Assembly (NCBI GenBank): GCA_964016885.1
Contig: OZ024742.1
Location: 117,118,001 to 117,182,000 of the forward strand
Direction: 5' to 3'
DNA length: 64,000 nucleotides
DNA from: Eledone cirrhosa
Lineage: Eukaryota
Shown here: piece by piece, positions 1 through 9,751 of the stretch
How positions within the stretch are numbered: position 1 is the stretch's first letter
Layout: each line of letters starts with the position of its first letter
The notes under the pieces: generated by a model
The model's database searches: none
What the model was told of the DNA's origin: nothing
Seen by the model: only the letters and a program-made list of their open reading frames with translations
Made by a program: the position numbers and the translations under genes

Positions 1-3
1 TCG

Positions 4-100
4 TGCACTGTTCATTTTACTGATGTTTGTGCATTGCCCTATGTACTGTACATGCACTTTTTGATGAGTTGTGGTGCACCTGGGCACTGTACACAATATT

Positions 101-136
<36 letters not shown>

Positions 137-244
137 CATGACTCATACACTGTTCATTTTCCTGACATTTATACATTATTCTATGTACTATACATGCACC
201 TTTGATGAGTTGTAGTGCACCTGAGCACTGTACACAATAATTTC

Positions 245-270
<26 letters not shown>
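4..270. repeat. Two diverged tandem copies (~140 bp) each ending in (TTA)n; probable retroposon 3' ends
   Basis: CACTGTTCATTTT...TGATGAGTTGT(G/A)GTGCACCTG(G/A)GCACTGTACACAATA..TTTCATTATTATT occurs twice in tandem. Confidence 0.7.
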
Positions 271-277
<7 letters not shown>

Positions 278-337
278 TATATGTGTGTGTGTGTGTATAT
301 ATACATATATATGTATGTGTGTATATATATATATATA

Positions 338-525
338 TCATCATCATCATCACTCGTCGACTACTGTCAAGATGATGGATCTCATTCTCCTGCCCCAGAA
401 TCCCCTGTCCCCCATCGCTGCCCCCAGGTCCTGACTGCTGATTCCCGTATCCCTAGAGATAACGTCAGGGAATGACAGCTTCCTACTCCTAGTCAGGCTG
501 GAGTCAGGGTTCCAGAGCAAGAGAT
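338..525 (-). mobile_element. 3' fragment of RTE-type LINE with (TGA)n tail
   Basis: Minus strand reads LSFPDVISRDTGISSQDLGAAMGDRGFWGRRMRSIILTVVDE*, followed by (TGA)n; resembles RTE ORF C-termini. Confidence 0.65.
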
Positions 526-565
526 TTGAGAGATGTCTTTAACCCATTGATACCAAACATTATTT

Positions 566-782
566 GGGCAGTGGATTGGCAGTATCGGTAGAGGGACAGA
601 CGCCATGCTTTGCAGCATAAAGTTACGGCCCTTTATGATCTGAGTTCAAATCCCGCCGAGGTTGACTTTGCCTTTCATCCTTATGGGGTCGATAAAATAA
701 AGTACCAGTCATGCACTAAGGTTGATTTAATCGAATTTCACCTCCCCCAAAATTACTGGCCTTGTGCCTATATATGAAACCC
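566..782 (+). mobile_element. tRNA-derived SINE, family A (long form)
   Basis: A-box-like TGGCAGTATCGG, B-box GAGTTCAAATCC, core GACTTTGCCTTTCATCC..GGGGTCGATAAAATAAAGTACC, tail GGCCTTGTGCC; >20 related copies in the window. Confidence 0.9.
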
Positions 783-1984
783 TTATTTGGTCAGTAGTTC
801 GTGTGTATGTGAAAGTATATATATATATGTTTGTGTGTGTGTCTATATATGTATGTTTGCATGCATGGATGAATACACTAAGCTTTAGATTTAGTAGAAT
901 GTACAACCACTGATTCCAGCTATTGCACTATCATATATTTTGGTTTCTATTAATTTGCTGCGGAATTGGTTGACCAAATGCTTTGCTTAATTGTTTTATT
1001 TATTTTTTAAAAGATTTTATTCTTTCTCTTAGACTTCAGGTATTTTTGAAAGCAAAGCATTGGCCTCTAAAACAATACAGTGGGCCCTGCAATGCTACTG
1101 TGGGCCCTCCAATACTACCATGGGCCCCTGGGGCCTACCTGCCATTGAGCAACCTGGCAACCAGAAAATTAAACCGAAATTATACTAATTGAAATGCATT
1201 GGTAAGACAAACACATGAAACTATGGATTAATAATTTGTAAAACTTAATCTACTTCAGCTATAATTCATTTAAAATAAATATTTTCAGCATAATAGTTTA
1301 TAACTATAATTCTAGATAAGACTAATGAATCTTCATCAGTTTTGATGATAAATGTTCCCATTGTTGGGTCAACAAAATGATCTACTTATTTAATTAACAT
1401 GTAAATGTTTGAGTATTCTACAGACACATGGACACATAATGTAATTTTTAGGAAAATTCAACATGGCACAACATGTCACAAGGCTGACCTTTTGAATTAC
1501 AGGTGCATTCCATCCAACAAATTTCCAAACAGTTTCCATCTATCCAACACCTGCTCAAAATGCCTTCACTATCATAATATATTTAGTTTAACAGCTAAGT
1601 CAGTGTCATTTCTAAGATTTCCAGCTCACTTGTGCACATTATACTGATTCACTATTACTATGTCAATAATTAATGTGCCATTGCGACTTACATTGTGTGA
1701 AATTATGTGAGGCTTATGTGCTATTTGGTGGTCTGCCTGTATGATAAAATTCCATAGTATTCATACTTTATATTTCTTAGACAGGTAAAGGATGAGATAA
1801 ATATCAAAAAGATTTCTCTTGGGGCAGTTAAAATTTGGGGGCAAGGTGTGTATAAATCAGCATAGGACTAGTTGAGGATATCCTGGTATAATGTGAAGTA
1901 TTGCATCAACATTGTATCATTATATTGTGAGAGTTGTTAGATATTCCTTTCAATATATTTACTAACAGTGACCTGTTCCTGTAT

Positions 1985-2300
1985 CATGGATGTTTTGTGG
2001 TTTCCCCATTCAAGCTGGATTTTTGCATGCAGATCAGAGAAATGTGTTCAAAAGATTGGGCTCTACAAGAACCTCGCAAGTGTCATGCAGTCGTTTTAAA
2101 CTAGATGTAGATGTATGAAGTCTACCACACAAGAACAGATGCCATCCCACTGATAGAATACCACACAATTTCCAGCAAATTTCACTCACAAGTCTTTGAT
2201 TGGCCTGAGGTTTAGCAGAAAATACCTTTCCAAGGTACAGTGGTATAGAACCTGGAACGACAATATTATAAATCAAATTTCTTAATCACACAGCAATGGC
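1985..2300 (-). mobile_element. Degenerate SINE, family D
   Basis: Shares the CACAAG.CTTTG.TTGGCCTGAGG and ACACTTGCCCAAGG-like segments with copies at ~5870-6030, 23025-23340, 24070-24400, 24720-24860 and 40785-40900. Confidence 0.55.
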
Positions 2301-2884
2301 TTGGTAAAGGCATGAATGTTACAATAATCAGTAGCCATCTTACAACCTATAAATCTGAAGGTTTGTGCCTTGTCAAAATAAATCAATATGATGCTATTCT
2401 CAATCGAAGGACTAGCATTCTCAGTTAATGAAAAATAATCTAAAACAGAACACAGTATCCATAAATAGTTGCTTTGTTGTTTTTAAAAAATAAATCATGT
2501 TTGAAAATTGCTCTTTCTTAAAATAGTTACCCAATAAATAAAATGTTAACTAATAAATTAGTTACCGAATAATTCAAATGCTTACTAATAGTTAACCAAT
2601 AATTCAAATGCTGACAAGTAAAAGAAAGAATCTCATCTGTCTCACAGATAGAATTTTGTTATCAACAAGGAGAAACCTACATTATTGGAAAGATAAAGGA
2701 TAAATCTTGTGTGATTTTAAATAAATAATTTCAAATAATTAGATAAATGCTAGTATTATTGATATGAGGATTATTTCAGATTAAACCAATCAGTACATAA
2801 CACATTTAAACAAAAAAAATGGAGTCTGTAGCTTTTATTTGTTTTTGTTATTTTGCTCACCTGTGCAGAAAATTTAGAAAAATG

Positions 2885-3117
2885 TGTATTATATGGCCGA
2901 CTGAATACGCACGTGTTTTTTTCTCCCCATTTTTTTTTCTTATTTTCCCCATAACTCTTTACTTTCTATTTATCTTCTATTTCTAACTTTATCTTCTGAT
3001 GAAGGACTAGTGCTCGAAACGTTAAGATGCTCTTCGTGTTCTTTCAAGCATTAAACTAATATATTTATTCCATGTAATGTGCTGTTTGTTTTGTTATTTT
3101 TGTTATCACTTTTACAT

Positions 3118-3118
<1 letters not shown>
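2885..3118 (+). mobile_element. Penelope-like pseudo-LTR fragment carrying a minimal hammerhead
   Basis: Homologous to 33205-33445 (inverted) and 28670-28750; contains CTGATGA..GAAACGTT; adjoins a microsatellite. Confidence 0.7.
2991..3028 (+). ncRNA. Minimal type I hammerhead ribozyme motif
   Basis: ATCTT-CTGATGA-A-GGACTAGTGCTC-GAAA-CG-TT-AAGAT. Stem I is ATCTT/AAGAT, stem III is a loopless ACGT palindrome, and the predicted site is GUU after 3023. Confidence 0.75.
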
Positions 3119-3159
<41 letters not shown>

Positions 3160-3182
3160 GAGAGTTAGAGGGGAGAGCGGTT

Positions 3183-3460
3183 TGCTCATGCATGGAGATG
3201 CTATAAAATAGCTTATATAATAGAGTGAAGGCTATTAGAGACAGAAAAAGAAGTGTCATTAGCTGCTACGAGGAATCACCTCGTACCACCCAGATATAGC
3301 CTAGGCACTTTGAACCATTAAGCTATTATAGCATCTCTGTACACCATTTTATATATCAACTTTGATTCCTTGAAGTGGCCAAGGACAACTTCTTTTTCCA
3401 TCTCTAAGGATCTTCACCCTATTTGATGAGCTATTTTATAGCATCTTCGCACATGAGCAC
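3183..3460. repeat. Small inverted-repeat element (MITE-like)
   Basis: TGCTCATGCATGGAGATGCTATAAAATAGCT at the left is the inverse of AGCTATTTTATAGCATCTTCGCACATGAGCA at the right. Confidence 0.6.
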
Positions 3461-5674
3461 ACTATTCTTTACATTAACTTTATCTTCTCAGCACTTTGTA
3501 AAATTTCAAGAGATCGGCTACAAATATACAATGTTTGTTTACATTTTAAGTTGTGATTTAGCTGCATAATTTAAAAAGGTAGAGTTGTCATGGTCCCTTT
3601 GCTTAATAGCTTAAAAGGAGAGAGGGAGAGATAGAAAGATAGATATAGATATATCAAGATATATAAAAATGATTTTTCTAAACATAAATCAATAAAATTT
3701 TGTATTACAAAAATCTTAATTGGAAACAAAAACTCAGTTTGTTTGTATTTCAAATCCTATCTTTTTGTCAAGTTTCATTGGCTACGAAGATAAAGATGTA
3801 GTATTTTTACAAGAGGTAAATAATTTTCCAAAAGGTTTATTAGAAGTGGCTAGGAGTCACTCTTCTAAAAGAACCCCCCTTCAAATATCGTACAGATTTT
3901 TATTTTTTTTAAGTATACTTCATAATAAAACTAATGCTACATTTTCAAAAGAACTAAGAACAAGCTATAACAAAAGTAATATTTATCATATTTTAGAAAA
4001 AAGAAAAGTATGAGTAGGTTGTGGGAATAAATTGTGATGCTTGGGTGGAAAACAACTCTAACTGAATGGGCAGCAGACTGCAGATAGACTGCTTCAATGT
4101 TTTTCATGATTTTCTCAATAAAGAAGCCAAACAAACTGAGAATAATCTCTAGGTTTTATGACAAATAAAAATTGTTTTCAAGGAGAAAGGAAGTCTTCTT
4201 CAAACAGGATGGTGACAATCTTCATATTTGCATTGGAACGTCTCAGGCTATAGATGAATCAATAAAAAAAACATGAGTGAATGTAAACTTCTTTGACTGT
4301 CTGTTTCACAATGTACTTAATAATCAAATCAATGAATTTAACCGTTACATCTAAACATTACTGGAGTTAGTAAAAGGAGAGGAATGTTTCTACTGTTTAG
4401 TCAAAGAGGGAAAGGCAATGCCCATACATCTTCCCAGGGCCTCCAAGACTAATGAAAGGTTTCCTCAATCTGAATACCTGGCTTCAATGCTCACAACAAA
4501 CTAGAATCCCCTAAAAGCATCAAAGGGTTAAGAGCTGATGTTAAACTACATTTACCACCCAGATAGACCACTGTGGGATTAGAAATCAGAATGCAAAGAG
4601 CTGGAATAAATTCAACAAGGCACACATCCAATGCTCTAACAGTTTCACCAACACACTGCCTTAGACTGGGACTTTATTGAGCCTGAAAGGACGAATCTTC
4701 CTCTTGGTAGGATTTGAACTCAGAGCACTGAGAGCTGGAACAAATAACAAATAAGGTATTTTGCTCTACACACTAATTACTATGGAAATTGGTCACCATG
4801 TATATGTGTAATGCATGTGTTCCGTAAAAACATCATAGAAGAGCTTATCATATGAACTACAAGAGGCATTTGTAATGTTTATACTATATTGACCTTTGTA
4901 CATATTCTGGCAATGATCATACTATCTTTGAAGTCATCTGACCATTCTTTCCTCATATATTAACCTTATATGTCATACTTTTATAAAAATTTTAGAACTA
5001 TTCATCTATACATTATGATTGAAGGGTTTTTTTTCAGATATTTCTCCATGTTTCTATAACTTTTTATTCATCTATTTTATTTATTTATTACATTCTGTTC
5101 TCTTGTCTTTTGACAGTTTTGCATTGTGAAGTAATGCTCAGTTTTCGATTGTTAAATAAACCTAAAACTAGACCATTCTTTGGCCCTTCTTATTGTTCAT
5201 ACAATATCGACATCCTTCATCTTGCTTTTTCTGGTTATTATGAAGTCTTTTACGAACTACTGGGTGTGTTTATATGCATTCAGACTTTTTCACTAAATCT
5301 GATGAAAGCAGATATTTTTAATGTGTAAGTTATAATGAAAACACTAAAAAGAAGAAAATCTTTTTTGCATCTTAACTCCCAGCATTGTGGGTGAAAAATG
5401 TACACCTCTACTGTTAATGAATTTCTCCATATGACATCAAAATTGCTTAGACATCATTACATATCATGAACTAGTGTTAACATCATACATAAATGGACTT
5501 CCATTGATTTTGATGATAAGTGTTCTAGTTGTTCAATTAATAATAGAGGATACTTGTTACATTAACACGTAAGTGGCTAAATATTCTACACACACATATA
5601 TCCTTGTACTTTTCGGGGAGATTCAGCATGTCAAAGTGTGTGACAAGACTTTTCATTTGAACTACATATATAGT

Positions 5675-5860
5675 TGTTTCTACTTTTGGCACAAGGCCAG
5701 AAATCACCCAGTACATTACTGGTACTTTATTTTATCGACCCTGTAAGGGTGAAAGGAAAAGTTAACCTTGACGGGATTTGAACTCGGACCATAAAGGGAC
5801 GTAACTATGCTGGAAAGCATGGCATCCGGCCCTCTACCGATACTGCCAATTCACCACCCT
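5675..5860 (-). mobile_element. SINE family A (short form)
   Basis: Reverse complement of the 566-782 family, lacking the GTCGATTTAATCGAC segment. Confidence 0.85.
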
Positions 5861-7228
5861 ACGTATATAGTGTTCATCCAACAGGCTTCAAAACCATTTC
5901 CATTAACCTAATTTCTCTCAAAAGGCTTGGGCTAGCCTGAGGCTATGGCAAAATACACTTGCCCATGATGCCTTGCAGTGAGGTCTAAATCTGGACCTCA
6001 TAATTGTGAAGTAAACTTCATAACCATTCCATCATATTGCATCGATAGTATTGACCAAATATCTTTAGAAACATGCTTTCAAAGCTGTTCTTTTGCTCCA
6101 TTACCACCTTTAGGGTTGGAACTTACAAACTGATGATAGATACTATAGGAGGAACTGGCCACAACTTTTTACAGGTCATCTAATCTGAGACAGGCGATGA
6201 AAAGGTTGGAACAATCCATGAAACATGGGTCACACTTAAATTGGAAAACTTGTTAGAAGGCTTCTAACAGTGTTGGTTCCACTTTAAGATAGCCAGGGAA
6301 CCAAGTGATAGGAGCCTGGAGTTAATCTTGCTATAAGAACATGAAATTATTATCAACTTCAATCAGGATTCCTTCATTTGTTTGACTTTAGACTGCAAAA
6401 GTTGATCTATAAACAGATTATTTGGCAAAAGTTATATTCTTCCCCATGAACTTGCACTTAGGTTCATATGAAGCAAAGTTCATATATTTCAGTTTCTAAT
6501 GATGTTACGGTTTCAACTTGCTCCTATATTTGATATTTGTCTTTTACATACAAAATGTTGATCTTCTGCCAATTATGTATGCCATCTATATGTTCCTAGG
6601 CTGACAAAGTTTAGAGTACATTCCTTAATCCATCCCCTAATGTAAAGATATCCTTTGCTGATGTGAAGAATCTTAGTCCAAGTAATCTGCTTTCAGTAGA
6701 TATACATGTATATTTCTTTTTCCATCCATAACTCCTGCTGGAACCATAGGAGCGCCATAGTGAGTTATTGTATTTCTTGAACATTTTGAACCTTGCAGAG
6801 CCCATCTTCTCTCCAGGCCTGAACACAACTGATTTCTTCCAAAGAGATGAGAGAGTGATAGAGCAGAAGTGAGAAAGCAAAAAATAAGAAGAATTGACCC
6901 CCACTATTAGAATGAAACTATTTTTATCAACCTTGAAATGATGATGGACAAAGTTAGTCTCAGTGGATATTGAAATCAGAACCGAAAGAGCTGGAACGAA
7001 TGCTGCAAAGCATTCTATCTGATGTTCTAATGACTCTGCTTCATTTATGACACTGCCTCATTTATATATATATATACACACACACATATAAACACAAATA
7101 TTTATATATTTCTGTATATATATATATATATAAAGTAAAAATATAAGCTTAGGCCCTATTTTGACTAACGAGGTTAGTTTGAGAGTAGGGATTTTTTTAA
7201 ACCCTCTGAATGGAAAAAGGATGAGTAT

Positions 7229-7300
7229 CGACATACATGGGAGTCAAACCCACATCTTTGGTTATCCAGATCACTGCGCTATCATTACACCAATGCATCG
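7229..7300 (-). pseudogene. tRNA-like cloverleaf (degenerate; probable SINE head)
   Basis: TGGTGTAATGATAGC D region, T-arm GTGGG-TTTGACT-CCCAT, loop CTGGATA; acceptor and anticodon stems imperfect. Confidence 0.5.
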
Positions 7301-7534
7301 CCCGTTCTTCTTCCATTCAAATTAGAAGCTATATATTTATAGCTGGTATATATATATAATATATAAAGACAAAGCAAAGTTTGAAATAAAGTAGAAATAT
7401 AAGCTTACGCCGTATTTTGACTAAAAAAGTTAGTCTGATAGTGGGGTTACACAAGAGATGTAGTGAGATCTCAGGCAGACTAGTGAAGAACATAGGTTTT
7501 ACATTTTGTAAGTAAATATATATTTGCTCTTGTA

Positions 7535-7705
7535 AATGTGGTTGGTGTTAGGAAGGACATCCAGCTATAGAAACCAAGCCAAAATCTGCCCTGGGTGAGC
7601 TAAACGTGGTCCTCTGACCTGATTCTCTCCCTAAGGGTCAACCCATCTTACCCATGCTAGCATGGAAGATGGACGTTAACCGATGATGATGATGATGATG
7701 ATGAT
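7535..7705 (+). mobile_element. SINE family B 3' half with (GAT)n tail
   Basis: GGTGTTAGGAAGGACATCCAGCTATAGAAA...CCCATGCTAGCATGGAAGATGGACGTTAA then (GAT)n. Confidence 0.75.
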
Positions 7706-8294
7706 ACTAAAATTCAGCTTGAGGACTTATGGTTTTTACATTGGATGTTTTTGCTAATGTAATTAACTGGCATATTTGGTTCTTTAAAAAAAGACTATTT
7801 TTAATATCTATAACTTTCTAATCATTGCCTGGTAATTTTGGGACATGCACCCCAAAATCTAATATTGATTTCCTGAAGAGATTTTGTGCTATGGGAGTAA
7901 TTTGATTGATTAATTAATTAATCTACAAATCATTATTTGTACTAGCACAAAAACCACCATAAGGGTGGTTTTCTGCTAAAAATTGAATTTTAAAGATCTT
8001 TAAATAAGCTATAAAATATATTTAATGAACAGCCACGAAATTTAGCAGATAAATTATGTAATATTCATTCATTATTTATTCAAAGTAATCCAACTTATTT
8101 TACAAACGGGGTAAAAAAATATATTCTGGACACAATCCCGCAGACCTTCCTTTATTATAGTTAAGATTTTGTGATTGTGTCTCATTAAAATTGAAACAAG
8201 TGTAGAAATTAATGAAATGATTTGAAGTGTTATCTTTGATTTTTTACATAAATCAAAGTGTGTGAGTGTGTGTGTGTGTATATATATATATATG

Positions 8295-8976
8295 TAATAA
8301 AGTATATATCCCTACACGCAAAAAGTGCCTAGGGACACATGTATTATCCAACCATATGCCAATGTGGTTCAATGGCAGGTTAATAAATTAACGAGCCAGA
8401 ATATATATAATCAAGGTTTAGCAAATAAGAAAAAGTTTCAAAATAAATTTTTTTAAATTCACTGTACTCACTATGGTTACCTTTACCGAATCGGTTTCGA
8501 GTCTCAAAAATAAATGGACAGTCCTTGCGGCCTTCCATTGAAAAGATAAACTCTCGTCAGAAGGTTCTTTTCACTCGGAGAATATAAAATTCCCGAGTTC
8601 AAATTACGAACTGGCGCTATTCAAAATCGTTCCCGAGATGAGAATAAATGATGTGGAAGCAATTCTGTCCAGTGCCGTGTGTAAAGATAGAAGCAGAGGC
8701 AGGGAGGTCAGTCAACTACCACTATAAATAGCAGCAGTCAGAACGACCAAATTTTATCTCGACCAAGAGGAGAATAATAATAATAAAGTATATATCCCTA
8801 CACACAAAAAGAGTCTAGGGACACATGTATTATCCATCCATATGCCAATGTGGTTCAATGGCAGGTTAACAAATTAACGAGACAGAACATATATAATCAA
8901 GGTTTAGCAAATAAGAAAAAGTTCCAAAATAAATTTTAAAAAATTCACTGTACCCACTATGGTTACCTTTACCGAA
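8295..8976 (-). mobile_element. Non-coding tandem element (486-nt period, ~1.4 units) with hammerhead; retrozyme or Penelope pseudo-LTR-like
   Basis: 8295-8490 repeats at 8781-8976 (offset 486); flanked by (TA)n on both sides; contains a complete HHR. Confidence 0.8.
8479..8565 (-). ncRNA. Canonical type I hammerhead ribozyme with extended stem II
   Basis: ACCTT-CTGACGA-GAGTTT...AGACTC-GAAA-CCG-ATT-CGG-TA-AAGGT. All core nucleotides and three stems present; predicted cleavage after GUA between 8484 and 8483. Confidence 0.88.
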
Positions 8977-8979
8977 GGG

Positions 8980-9377
<398 letters not shown>

Positions 9378-9716
9378 GACTTATTATCTTCGTTTTTTCG
9401 TTCATTGCCAGAGAACGTCTCTATGCACCACCTAAGAGAACATTAGTCTACGACTTCTTTTATACCATAAACGTGGTTCTGTCTTTGCGCGTAATTGTTT
9501 TTCACCGCTCCTATTAATGACGTATTATTCGTTTTTTCCCGTTCTTTGCCAGCGAACGTTTCCACGAACCAAAGTATCGCCTTCCTGTCTTCCTCCGGTT
9601 GCAACGCTTTTTTAAATATCCAGTTCTGCGTTTACAGATTGACTTTGTTAGTTTCAGAAGATCCCGTTAAGGGTGAAAGCAGCGATTCTTTGCTTAAACT
9701 TTAATCTGTTATTTTA

Positions 9717-9720
<4 letters not shown>
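9378..9720 (+). mobile_element. Non-coding pseudo-LTR-like repeat ending in a hammerhead-like fold
   Basis: Internal duplication TATTAT(C)TTCGTTTTTTC..GTTC.TTGCCAG.GAACGT; its 3' 66 nt recur at 38435-38501. Confidence 0.55.
9634..9709 (+). ncRNA. Hammerhead-like motif with variant core CAGAAGA
   Basis: AGTTT-CAGAAGA-TCCCGTTAAGGGT-GAAA-GCA..TGC-TT-AAACT; distal stem I ACAGATTG/TAATCTGT with an internal bulge. Confidence 0.6.
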
Positions 9721-9747
<27 letters not shown>

Positions 9748-9751
<4 letters not shown>

